Part shown: piece by piece, positions 51,954-64,000 of the stretch
How the letters are laid out: each line of letters opens with the position of its first letter
How positions within the stretch are numbered: the stretch's first letter is position 1
Assembly (NCBI RefSeq): GCF_006345805.1
Contig: NC_043011.1
Coordinates: 5,580,001-5,644,000 of the forward strand
Reading direction: 5' to 3'
DNA from: Octopus sinensis
Lineage: Eukaryota
Length of the DNA stretch: 64,000 nucleotides
Translations under genes and position numbers: made by a program
Notes under the pieces: generated by a model
Told to the model about the DNA's origin: nothing
Databases searched by the model: none
Seen by the model: only the letters and a program-made list of their open reading frames with translations

Positions 51954-53746
51954 CACACATGCACACAAAGGATAAACGTATGATACATAGACAATGGAAT
52001 GGCAAACAGGCGTTAAACAAGGGATGGGTTGACAAATATATAACTAGACAAGGGGCGGACAAATAAATTCTTAATAGGTATTAGACAAATACGCAAACTA
52101 CAGGTAGAAAACGTATAGAGATAGGACTAACGATAAATAGGTGATAAGAATGAGAAAAGATAGCCATGCTGGTCAAAAGACATGTAGGTGTATAGACACA
52201 CTGAATAACAGATGCATAGTCTAGGTCGACAGACAGACAAAGAGAAAAATAAACGATCGAGAAACAGGGAAAGACTTGTCGCAAAACCGTAAAACAACGT
52301 GGAGATTAATTGATGAATAAATAAAAATGTGGAACAAGCAAAAGATGAGAAAATTGCAACGAAGATAGAAGAGGGTAAAGCAGACAAATGGAGTCCGCCA
52401 AATTCAGAAAAGGAAGTTGGCAGTGACATTGCGGACTCTGAAAACAAAAATATAAAATACCGTTGACTCCATGAATTCGTTTGGCGTTAACAGAATGTCC
52501 ATGAACTTCTTGTCAGCGATCACTGCTTTGGACTGACTGATACCGAGTGGACAATCGACAAACTTGACCATGGTCATGCATTGCTTCACATTATCGCCAC
52601 TACAGCTTGCTAATTCTACCACCGCCATCCCCACCAAACTACACGACTACCACCATCATTAGTACAGTCACCACCATTGCAACAGTACCACGATCAGGAC
52701 CACCATGACCACAAGCACCACGACGACGACCACCACCACCACCACCATCACCACTACTAATGTTACTAAGCTTTTCCGGAAAGCTACCTAACAATTTGTT
52801 GCTCTGCCACCATTTTAATTCGTCATTCACCGAGGCAAACTTAACATTCGTAAAAATAATTCCAACACACACATACATACACACGCACACACGCTTTCAC
52901 GCTTGCACGCCCGCATGCACACACACACACACTTTCTCTCTCTCGCTCTCGCTCTCTCTCTCTTTCTCGTGTAGACTCATTCATACCCAATACATACACA
53001 TACCTACACACACACACACACACACTCAGGGTTGCCTCAAAGTAAATATACACTTTACAATTTATTTATATTTTAGTATGTTTCATCTCGTAGCTGCTCA
53101 AACTGGCTTCCCTCGGACCCTGGGCCCCTTGGCCCCTCGGCTGTGCAGCGTTTCTCAAACCTGTCCAGAACATTCTGACGCACACACACATTGTACGACA
53201 CGAAGCCCCAACTAACCCCATGATAATAAATGCTCCCGAAATGAACTGTCTTCATTCATCCACAGTCTGGGACTTTCTCTCATAAACCTTATTCTTTACT
53301 ACGCCGTCCCCACCCCACTCCAACAGAAGCCCACAGGTGTGAAGTGCGGTGAACTTGATGGTCTTTCGATGGTGCCACATCATCCGATCCAGTGCTTTGG
53401 GAAGGTCATGTTAAGGTAGTCCCTTACAGCGAAAGCATAATCAGAAGGTATCCCCATCTTGCTGGGAGAGTAATCCGGGTGAAGTTAGCTCTGGCTTTGT
53501 TGAGGCTCTGCCACGTCACACAACATTTGCGTGAATTGTTATTGTCCACAGATCCATCGGGAAAAGCCAAAACAAAAAAACAAACAGACATACAACACCT
53601 TCACTGGGCAGTGGACTCTCCCCCCGTGACTCCTGGCTATTTCAGTTGAGAGGTCATGATCAAACGAGGATTTTCATTCATCCAATACACGGAGCTCCAC
53701 CTGTTCACATGGCTCGACAACTTGAACACAGCCTCGTTTTAGTGAA

Positions 53747-54500
53747 GGTGTGTGGTAAAGTGGTTAGGGCATGCGGCTCACAATCGTAAGGTCAGGAGTT
53801 CAGTTCCCTGCTGCGTGTTGCGTCCTGGGGCAAAGCTCTTTATTTCGCGATGTTCCAGTCACTCAGCTGGCGAAAATGAGTAGTTTCTGTATTTCTGTGG
53901 TCCAGCTTTGTTACAATCGGTGTGTTACGCTTAACCTCTCTGAGAACTACGTTAAGATTACGCGTGTCTGTGGAGTACTCAGCCACTTGCACGTCAATTT
54001 CATCAGCGGGTTGTTCTGTTGATCGAATCAGGCGCAGGTGTGGCTGTGTGGTAAGAAGCTTGCTTCCCAGCCACATGGTTCCGGGTTCAGTCCCACTGTG
54101 TGGCACCTTAGGCAAGTGTCTTCTACTATAGCCTCGAGCCGACCAAAGTCTTTGAGTGGATTTCGTCGTCGGAAACTGAAAGAAGCCCGTCATATATATA
54201 TATATATATGTATGTATGTATGAATGGATGTATGTATGTATGTATGTATTTGTGCGTCTGTGCCCCCCCCCCCTCATCATCGCTTGACAACCGATGTTAA
54301 TGTGTTTACATTCCCGAAACCTAGCGGTTCGGCAAAAAGAACCGATAGAATAAGTACTGGGCTTACACAGAATAAGTCCTGAGGTCGATTTGTTCGACTA
54401 AAGGCAGTGCTCCAGGACGGCCGCAGTCAAAATGACTGAAACAAGTAAAAGAATTTTTTAAATAATTGAAACACTGATCGTCGAAACCGACGGAGTGCCA
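53747..54500 (+). mobile_element. SINE family 3 with a SINE family 1 copy (54031-54452) nested near its 3' end
   Basis: The family 3 sequence stops at gttgatcgaatca and its terminal gtcgaaaccgacggagtgcc resumes at ~54480. Confidence 0.75.
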
Positions 54501-54619
54501 TTTTTTTTAGCTTCCTCTGTCCGAATGATCTTATCAAGAAGTCACTGAGTGTTAAGCCATGCGCTTTCGGTAAAAAGGTAAACTTGCAAAGCTACCCCTC
54601 ACATGACGGGTAACACTCT

Positions 54620-55022
54620 TTACTCTTTACTCTTTTACTTGTTTCAGTCATTTGACTGCGACCATGCTGGAGCACCGCCTTTAGTCGAGCAAATCGACCC
54701 CGGGACTTATTCTGTGTAAGCCCAGTACTTATTCTATCGGTCTCTTTTGCCGAAACGCTAAGTGACGGGGACGTAAACACACCAGCATCGCTTGTCAAGC
54801 GATGCTAGGGGGACAAACACAGACACACAAACATACACACAAATACATATATATATACATATATACGACAGGCTTCTTTCAGTTTCCGTCAACCAAATCC
54901 ACTCACAAGGCATTGGTCGGCCCGAGGTTATAGCAGAAGACACTTGCCCAAGGTGCCACGCAGTGGGACTGAACCCGGAACCATGTGGTTGGTAAGCAAG
55001 CTACTTACCACACAGCCACTCC
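54620..55022 (-). mobile_element. SINE family 1
   Basis: Reverse-complement match to 44578-45010. Confidence 0.9.
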
Positions 55023-55068
55023 TACACTCTAGTAGCAATTATAATAACTACAGAATAATTTTTTTCCT

Positions 55069-55510
55069 ACTCAAGGCACAAGGCCCGAAATTTTGTGGGG
55101 GGGGGGGAGCCAGTCGATTAGATCGACTCCAGTACGCAACTGGTTCTTAATTTATCGACCCCGAAAGGATGAAAGGCAAAATCGATCTTGGCGGAATATG
55201 AACTCAGAACATAAAGACAGACGAAATACCGCTAAGCAATTTTCCCGGTGTGCTAACGATTCTACCAGCTCGCCGCCTTAAGGACTTGTATAAATATTTT
55301 TTTCCACTCAAGGCACAAGGCCTGAATTTTTTGGGCAGGGAGCCAGTCGTTGAGATCGACCCCAGTACGCAACTGGTACTTAATTTATCAACTCCGAAAG
55401 GATGAAAGGCAAAGTCGACCTCGCCAGAATTTGAACTCAGAACGTAGCGGCAGACGAAATACTGGTAAGCATTTCGCCCGGCGTGCTAACGTTTCTGCCA
55501 GCTCGCCGCC
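55069..55510 (-). mobile_element. SINE family 2, two tandem full-length copies
   Basis: Two ~200 bp units, each running actcaaggcacaagg...gctcgccgcc. Confidence 0.88.
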
Positions 55511-55754
55511 GAATAACTACAGAATAATATCGTAAAAAGGCTGTAAACATATTTGAAGGAACAGACCAAGTAATTTAATTCATTGATCAAGCAATTAAAA
55601 TTATATATTTCATTCAATAAAGAAATCAACTATGTGATTTTGGGTCGAGTCCCACAGCGCAACACCTTTAGCAGGTGTCTTCTGCTAAATCTTCGGGCCG
55701 ATCAAAGTCTTGTCAGTGGATTTGGTAGGTGGAAACTGTGTGGTAGCCTGTCAT

Positions 55755-55806
<52 letters not shown>

Positions 55807-56349
55807 CACATGTATGTGTGTGTATGTATTTGTGTTGTGTTTGTTCCCACCACCGCTTGACAACCGGTGTTGGCATACTTACGATTTCGTGACATAGCGG
55901 TTTGGCTAGAGAGACCGATAAAATACATACCGCACTGCTGGGGGCGATTTGTTTGACTTAAAAACAGCCGAAGGTATTGCTCCAGCATGTTCGCAGCCCA
56001 ATGACTGAAGCAACGGAAAGACTTTTAAAAAATGATAAAGTTATGTAAATAATTAAAATTAATTCCAGTCAAAAGGGTAAGGAGCGACAACCCCTTTAAT
56101 TTTAAACCCTTAATTATTTTGAAGGAACTGCGTTGGAGAGTAAGTCTGCTGTTCAGTAACATGGTAACCAGGTTATGACAACTTATTAAGCTGTGTAGTC
56201 AACCGTATTATATTTTCTGTGTTTTTGTGGGTCTTTTGTTTCTTTGGTGTTATAAAAATAACCGCAGTGAAAAATCTAGAAATACTTTCGGACGTTGACC
56301 CATGAAAGAAGTCAATGTGCTAACCTCCAATTTTGCTCTTACTTTGATC

Positions 56350-56362
56350 GCTATTATTATTA

Positions 56363-56414
<52 letters not shown>

Positions 56415-56473
56415 CATTACTATTATTATTATTATTATTATTATTACTATTATTACTATTGTTATTATTATTA

Positions 56474-56523
<50 letters not shown>

Positions 56524-56541
56524 TGTTATTATCATTATCAC

Positions 56542-56579
<38 letters not shown>

Positions 56580-56587
56580 CATCATCA

Positions 56588-56622
<35 letters not shown>

Positions 56623-56645
56623 AATATTAATATTATTATTATTAT

Positions 56646-56720
<75 letters not shown>
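56350..56720. repeat. (TTA)n/(CAT)n microsatellite
   Basis: Seen directly. Confidence 0.97.
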
Positions 56721-56723
<3 letters not shown>

Positions 56724-56868
56724 GACGTCGCACAGTAAACAATATTGTGAGGTCGTTGACTGGAAATATTGTATCTACCAGAGGTCTGTACTGTTTGACA
56801 AGTCACAACAAGGACCTCAGACAGACAGTACTTTACGCAATATGCGTTCAGTTCCAAGTAATGCGTGA
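56721..56868 (-). mobile_element. R4/Dong-like LINE 3' end, same family as 16354-16895
   Basis: Minus strand ALLGTERILRKVLSV* plus the shared 3' UTR, running into (TAA)n. Confidence 0.8.
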
Positions 56869-56905
56869 CGTTTAACCAGATAATAATATAAATAATATAT
56901 ATATA

Positions 56906-57281
56906 GGCGCAGGAGTGGCTATGTGGTAAGTGGCTTGCTTACCAACCACATGGTTTGGGGCTCAGTCCCACTGCGTGGTATCTTGGGTAAGTCTCGACGA
57001 AAGCCTTGTGAGTGAATTTAGTAGACGGAAACTGAAAGAAGCCTGTCGTATATGTGTGTGTGTGTGTGTGTGTGTGTTGTGTGTGTGTGTTTGTCCGCCC
57101 CCCCCCCACATCGCTTGACAACCGATGCTGGTTTGTTTATGTTCCCCGTAACTTAGCGGTTCGGCAAAAAAACCGATTGAATAAGTACTAGGCTTACAAA
57201 AATTGTCCTGGGTTCGATTTGCTCGACTAAAAGCGGTGCTTCAGCATGGCCGCAGTCAAATGACTGAAACAAGTACAAGAA
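56906..57281 (+). mobile_element. SINE family 1
   Basis: Matches 44578-45010, with an internal deletion. Confidence 0.88.
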
Positions 57282-57340
57282 TATATATATATGCATATAT
57301 AGATACAAATATGTACATACATACTTATATATATATATAC

Positions 57341-57462
57341 ATTAGTTACATTGTTTACAATTGACGGATATTTGTCCGTGGGCATATGGCGTAGTGGTTA
57401 AGAGCCCGCACTACTAACCCCAAGATTCTGAGTTCGATTCCAGGCAGTGACCTGAATAATAC

Positions 57463-57493
<31 letters not shown>

Positions 57494-57660
57494 AACAACA
57501 ACAACGACGACGACATCGAGAAATATCCCCAAGACACCTGATGAAGGCTGGAGGGTATATCAGCCGAAACGTTGTGTTAACAACAAACGAGAGGAGGACA
57601 AACACCCGTCAAATGTAAATAATGTACATAATTCCCCATCTCTTAAATATAGAACTGTAC
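57341..57660 (+). mobile_element. Composite element: tRNA-like Pol III head + (TAA/CAA) linker + hammerhead + tail, with 37-bp inverted repeats
   Basis: A-box TGGCGTAGTGG at 57387-57397, B-box GTTCGATTC at 57432-57440, hammerhead at 57533-57578; inverted repeats 57341-57377 and 57596-57632 (31/37 by eye). Confidence 0.7.
57533..57578 (+). ncRNA. Minimal type I hammerhead ribozyme
   Basis: GACAC-CTGATGA-A-GGCTG(GAGGGTATAT)CAGCC-GAAAC-GTT-GTGTT: intact core, 5-bp stem II, 5-bp stem I, palindromic AACGTT in place of stem III. Confidence 0.7.
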
Positions 57661-58178
57661 ACATATATATGTATATAGATATGCATTTAAGGTACAGGAC
57701 GTCACAAAACGTAAACAACATGAAATACGAAAATAAAGATGGATACGCAAACAACGAGAGAGAAACAAATGGAAAACAAGCCAAGTAACATAAAGAACGA
57801 GCCTTCCTCAATTGTCGGCTGTCCTTCTACTCCTTACACACACACATCACACTTCGTTATACTCCGTATTTCAATTCTCATTAAGATGAATTTAAAAAGG
57901 AAGACAAAAGGAAAAAAAAACTATGTCGTCTGCATAATTTAAACATTCTTTATTGTCCGTTCATTGTCAGAAATATAGAAAAGAAGAACAGGTTCATGAA
58001 GAGAAGAACATGATTGAGGCAGACACCTACATAATTTTATGGGATGATTAAATAGTGGAGGACAAGGGCGGTTTAATGCGAACTGTCCGCACGCTCCCTA
58101 TTTAGCTTTTGTTGTAACGGAGGGTTGTCGATCGGTGCATTCCTGGAGGCGAAGATGTCGTGGAGTGAAAAAGAAATC

Positions 58179-58209
<31 letters not shown>

Positions 58210-58352
58210 GGTGTGGGTAATGACTCAGGTGCAGAAATGTATAGATACACGTGAATATACACTCACAGCCTGACAGATGTCTCTTTGTGCTTAGTTCTTC
58301 ATGTTATACTATCATGCGTGCACACACGCACACGCTCAGAGAAAGAGACTGT

Positions 58353-58402
<50 letters not shown>

Positions 58403-58409
58403 TACTGTT

Positions 58410-58488
<79 letters not shown>

Positions 58489-58539
58489 GGGTGAGAGTTG
58501 TCAGATAAATTCGTTCGTTTCTTTCCGATATTTGAAGTT

Positions 58540-58974
58540 ACTCTTTACTCTTTCTCTTTTACTCTTTTTTCTTGTTTCAGTCATTTTGACTGTGGCCATG
58601 CTGGAGCATCGCCTTTAGTCGAGCAAATCGACCCCAAGACTTATTCTTTGTAAGCCCAGTACTTATTCTATCGGTCTCTTTTAGCCGAACCACTAAGTTA
58701 CGGGGACGTAAACATTCCAGCATCGGTTGTCAAGCGATGTTGGGGGGGGGGGTGACGAACACAGACACACAAACATATACACACACATACATACACATAT
58801 ATACATATATACGACGGGCTTCTTTCAGTTTCCGTCTACCAGATCCACTCACAAGGCTTTGGTCGGCCCGGGGCTATAGCAGAAGACACTTGCCCAAGGT
58901 GCCACGCAGTGGGACTGAACCCGGAACCATGTGGTTCATAAGCAAGCCATTTACCACGCAGCCACTCCTACGCC
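58540..58974 (-). mobile_element. SINE family 1
   Basis: Reverse-complement match to 44578-45010. Confidence 0.9.
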
Positions 58975-59112
58975 TTTTCGAAATTTTTTTTATGTAGTGC
59001 TTTATTTATTTATTTAATTTTCTAATTTTTTTTATCTCTATTCTTACTATACATTTTATGCTGATCATTTTGAAATTTGATTAAATTTCACCTCTTCACC
59101 TCTTTTCAGGCA

Positions 59113-59400
59113 CGTGACGATGGAGTGCCAAGTGGAAAAGGAAACAAAAATGACCATTTTCGACACTTGCTTCGCTTCGATTTCAGTCAAGGTGCCAAAG
59201 CTGCCAGAAACTGTCAACACTGCTAGAGACAATTGTGCCGTGTATGGAGAAGTCGTTGAGACCGAAAGAACTGCACAGAAGAGATTCGACGTCACAGACT
59301 CTGCATTCCGGCCGACCTGTTCAGTTCAATGAGAATTGATTGAACGAATTCATCCACGAGGACACGCACCAATCCACCAAGGAATTGGCTCAACAAATGC
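59113..59400 (+). mobile_element. Mariner transposase N-terminal fragment, decayed
   Basis: MECQVEK..HFRHLL.F.FSQGAKAA..ARDNCAVYGE..ERTAQKRF, across frameshifts. Confidence 0.75.
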
Positions 59401-60312
59401 GATGATCCAATGAAATCCGTCGTCCGTCGCCTAAATTCAATTTTCGAATAAAGGAGGGAGTTGTCGATCCGTGTATTCCTTGAGGTGAAAATGTTGGAAA
59501 GTTAGAGCTAGGCCCGTCGCTGGACTTTTGGTGCCTACGGATGCTTCAGGATATTCTGGTTGGTCACTAATTTGTAGTAATGGTAACATGGAATTTAAAG
59601 ATATGTGTATCACTGTAAAATTTTTCGACGATTTCGTTAATTGGCGGAGTCGTAACTTTAAAATATTTGTGGAGAGGTATTTTCAGAAAATTTTTACGAA
59701 TTTATGTTCTACACACTATATCTTGTACGATTATGCAAAAATGCTTTTAACTAATTCACTCTCCCCATCCCTGTATCCTAAAATCTCGGCTTCTTTTGTA
59801 GAATTTCTTTTTAAATCATAGTTTTAAAATATGGACAGTCCGAATTTGCCACCTGTTTCTGTTTATAAGTTCCAAATAATTTTCAGAAGAAAAAGTGAGT
59901 GATTTGGGAGATTTAGCTATTATTTCTAGCACAACCCACGACCATCTGATACCTTCCTTGTTTCTCTGTCACTCTGACATGTATTGATGTTTTTCTATAT
60001 TTTTCTCCCCATTAATACATTTTATGGAATGATGATGCGGAAATGACACGTGGGTTTTGTCTGGCCCAAGGAGGGTCCATATGCTGGGATCTAAGTAAAA
60101 AAGAAGAAATACTTTTTTGTAATTAAAATTTTCAAGACATACAGCACCAAATGAGTCCGTGTGTGTGCATGTGTGTGTGTGAGACCGAGAGAGAGAGAGA
60201 CAGACAGACAGACAGGGACAGAGGGATGTGAGAAAACATATTTACTAACAATTTTCTGTATGTTATTAAAGTGAATCATCTTTCACGTGGGTTTTTTAAA
60301 TCACACTGGATA

Positions 60313-61907
60313 AATCCCAGCAATATTTCGGCTCTCCAATTTAGGTGTGATCGATGCGGGTTCAGTCTAATTTGAGCATCCGTGACGATTTACGGGAGAG
60401 GTGAGGTGGATAAAAAGATTTTAATCAAAAAATATTCTTGGCATAATCGTACGAGAGAGTTTGTAGAACACAAATTCAGAAGAATTTTCCGAAACTACCC
60501 AAAACTAAAAACAGTCACGACTGGTTACATGGTGTGCTTTGATCCAGAAATGATAATAGGCTGTACGCATGCGCGAGGATTTTTTTTTTTTTATAAAAAC
60601 GCTTCTTGAATTTGGATTTCGAATGATTTCAAAAATTATTTTAAAATTATAAGCAGACACAAACGGCGGTTTGGGACTGTCCGTTCTTTAAAACTATGAT
60701 AAAGAAATTTTTGTTTTAATGATTGATTTCAAACCGGTAAAAATAGTTGGTCAAAATTTCTATTTTTTTTAAGCTCCTCCACCCTTCCCCTTCCTCCTCC
60801 TCCTCCACTTCATCTTATTCCTCCCTCTGGCCGTAACTTTTCATTTTTGACCTTTTACATCATTCTTTCAGAATCGTTTCAAATAGCAAAGATATTGATG
60901 ACACAAAAATGTATTCCCCGACTCTCCACTGTTTCGAAAGATGCATCAAGCTGTGACCTGTTAAGATGTATGACTTAAGGTTTTTAGGTTTTGCTTTTGG
61001 GCAAGGTTCGGCGAACCGGGGTAAATTACCCGAAGTGGAGTAAAAATGAAATTCTTTGTGGGTAATAAGGACTCATTAGACATAAATAAAGTTATATAAT
61101 AAAAAACGTGTTCCTTGTTAGGGCAGAAATTTTTTTCTCGCACGAGGAGGCAGTCATATGTGTACGTTGCTGCTTTTGTAGTTCCTGCCGAAGAGTGTAT
61201 CCTTTAGCTTATGTACTCGTGTATCCTTGGTGCTTGTATCAGATACTATAGTACAAATCCTTTTTGCCAGGTTTTAAGATTATGCTTTAGGTCAAGGGTC
61301 AGCATGAGTAAGTAGTCAAAAGTTGCTGCTTTTGGCAATAATTTGCAAGGATTTGGGATACAGTTTTCGGGGTCCAATCGATTACTCTGCTTTGTTATTC
61401 TGAACATAAAATCGAAGAAGAGTAATCAATTGGACCCCGAAAACTGAATCCAAATTTCTCGGGAATCAAAATGCCCCAATTATGATTTCATTGTAACAAA
61501 ATGAAACATCATTTCTCCAAAACGTGAAGTTTCTAGAAAAATCCTTTTCTTTCATAATGAGGATATTAATTTATTTTATCACATTTGTTTTATAATTTTT
61601 ATATTATAAATACAGTCCCAAACTGCCGTTTGTGTCTGCTTATAATTTTAAAATAATTTTTGAAATCATTCGAAATCCAAATTCAAGAAGCGTTTTTATA
61701 AAAAAAAAAAAAAATCCTTGGCTATTTTAAGAAAATTCTTCTGAATTTGTGTTCTACAAACTCTCTCGTACGATTATACCAAGAATATTTTTTGATTAAA
61801 ATTTTTTCATCCACCTCACCTCTCCCGTAAATCGTCACGGATGCTCAAATTAGACTGAACCCGCATCGATCACACCTAAATTGGAGAGCCGAAATATTGC
61901 TGGGATT
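60313..61907. repeat. Long inverted repeat pair (~300-370 bp arms, ~930 bp spacer)
   Basis: 61612-61720 is the reverse complement of ~60577-60683, and 61727-61907 of ~60313-60490. Confidence 0.88.
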
Positions 61908-62299
61908 ATTTATTTTATCACATTTGTTTTATAATTTTTATATTTATATTTTATATTTATAATTGTATTTTCCATATAAACAGATCCAATAAACCTTTTG
62001 AATTCCAAGGGTTATGATATAGGTTTAAGGTTAGGCTTAGCATTTACGATTAGAGATTAAGTTAAATGAAGAAGGGGTGTATGTGTGGAGGGGATCCGAA
62101 GCAGTATTGATAAAGTAAAAAAGAATAAATATGCTTGTGTGTGTGTGTGCGCGAGTGCTTTTCAGTGCCTTGTCGTTGTTGATATTGTCCTTCGTTGTTG
62201 CTTTTTCTCTTCCATTTACTATCACTTCTTTCTCAAATTTATTTCCCTGGGGAATTTTTGACCAGTCTCTTTGATTCGTCTGCTTTGTCAAACGTATTC

Positions 62300-62709
62300 T
62301 TTTACTCTTTTACTCTTTTACTTGTTTCAGTCATTTGACTGCGGACATGCTGGAGCACCGCTTTTAGTCGAGCAACTCGACCCCGGGACTTATTCTTTTT
62401 GTAAGCCCAGTACTTATTCTATCGGTCTCTTTTTGCCGAACCGCTAAGTTACGGGGGACGTAAACACACCAGCATCGGTTGTCGAGCAATGCTAGGGGAA
62501 CAAACACAGACACACAAACACACACACATACATATATATACATATATACGACAGGCTTCTTTCAGTTTCCGTTCACCAAATCTACTCACAAGGCATTGGT
62601 CGGCCCGGGGCTATAGCAGAAGACACTTGCCCAAGATGCCACGCAGTGCGACTGAACCCGGAACCATGTGGTTGGTTAGCAAGCTACTTACCACACAGCC
62701 ACTCCTGCG
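62300..62709 (-). mobile_element. SINE family 1
   Basis: Reverse-complement match to 44578-45010. Confidence 0.9.
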
Positions 62710-62845
62710 GAAGATTTTGTGGAAGATTTTTGCAAACTGTATTTTCTAAATCTGGAGGTAGTGCCGTCCGGTAGAATCTTTTAACGACGGGCGTGATAAG
62801 AGTAAACATTCTCAGTTTGTATAGGTAGGGTTAATGACATACGTA

Positions 62846-62962
62846 ACCTGTGTTGCATACCAAGGCATTTCCGACAAAGAACACGGTGGACAAAGAACAC
62901 CATTGTGTTGAATTAGCCCACCGTGTTCTGTGTCAGAAATGCCTTGGCATGCAACAACAGGT
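62846..62962. repeat. ~117 bp hairpin (MITE-like)
   Basis: gttgcataccaaggcatttccgacaaagaacacggtgg / ccaccgtgttctgtgtcagaaatgccttggcatgcaac, 35/38 paired by eye. Confidence 0.8.
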
Positions 62963-63002
62963 GCTCACGACCCTGGAACTAGTTGGAGGAAAAAAAAAGT
63001 TG

Positions 63003-63236
63003 CTATTCAAAAGCTCGGCGTGGTAGTTCTACCGCACCTACCGGGTAATCTTTTTCTTGGTTGCCACCCATTTCTTCGAGGCGTTTCACCAACGCCGTGG
63101 AGCTGAAAAAAGTTACTCGATGAACTCTTCTAGTTAAGAGCCGATGATTCCAATCACCGACGCTCGCCGAAAGTTGGCAATAAGTCACGAACAACTGAGG
63201 AGAGTATTCTGGCTTCGAATTTTGGCACGAGGTCAT
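63003..63236 (-). mobile_element. Possible mariner C-terminal remnant
   Basis: PEYSPQL and DY..G..ELPRR resemble YSPDL and FY..GI..LP.RW; heavily degraded. Confidence 0.4.
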
Positions 63237-63483
63237 CAGGTTAGGTGCGGGTGGGAGGGGCAGATGGTAAGTCGATTACATCGGTCCCAACGCTCAAATG
63301 GTACTTATTTCATCGACCCCTAAAGGCTGTGATTTGTTTAAATATGTGCGTGCGTGTGTATGTGCACGCATCATGCGCATTATTATCCGTCTCATTCTCT
63401 CTCTCTCTCTCTCTCCCGCTTTCCTTCTCTCTATATATACATACATACATACATACATATATACACACACATATATATATATA

Positions 63484-63572
<89 letters not shown>

Positions 63573-63623
63573 GTATATATATATATGTATATATATGTAT
63601 ATATACATACACGCAATATATAT

Positions 63624-63666
<43 letters not shown>

Positions 63667-64000
63667 ATTAATTCTTATATCTATTTATTTAGTTTTTTTA
63701 AATATATATATTTATATATAAAGGGATCTAACGTATTACATTTTAATTTGAGAACTAATTTCCTTAGACAATATATTATTTAATTATTAGGTGGCATATT
63801 TATTATGTAATATTAAATTTTAAGTTAATTAGGTATTATATTAATTGATATTTAGTCAACTATGTTATAGATTGATATATTAAATCTGTAGATACTACAC
63901 ATGTATATTAATTATACAGTTAGCTTTATTTAATGAGTTTGTCTATATTTGAACCATTTCTTATTTTGATTACAATTTAATGACTAGCATTGTGTATTTT

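Noticed and set aside
52404-52637. Short non-repetitive ORF (77 aa, minus) next to a (CAC)n tract
   Set aside because: No recognisable domain or clear splice context.
53330-53700. Higher-complexity stretch considered as an rRNA fragment or exon
   Set aside because: No convincing match to conserved rRNA motifs or a protein family by eye.

Overview
This is eukaryotic, AT-rich, microsatellite- and transposon-saturated DNA. The SINE families look like those I recall from Octopus, so a coleoid cephalopod is likely; that is recognition from memory, not a database result. The only long intact coding regions are two intronless, convergent paralogues (25737-27701 +, 654 aa; 36287-38290 -, 667 aa). 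They encode membrane-bound GT-A glycosyltransferases with the DAD / FxGKG / LSHDxxE / RxxRWxRG motif set of bacterial beta-1,2-glucan synthases (OpgH/MdoH and the GT84 core of Cgs/NdvB), which is unexpected in an animal. The pair shows patchwork near-identity consistent with gene conversion, and a decayed third-copy fragment lies between them. The rest is mobile DNA: a nested cluster of Tx1-like LINEs bounded by (GATA)n, R4/Dong-like LINE fragments at (TAA)n tracts, RTE, mariner, Penelope-like and Helentron-like remnants, at least four tRNA-derived SINE families, and several minimal hammerhead ribozyme motifs, one of them downstream of a Pol III tRNA-like head. All family assignments are motif recognition by eye, and repeat boundaries are approximate.
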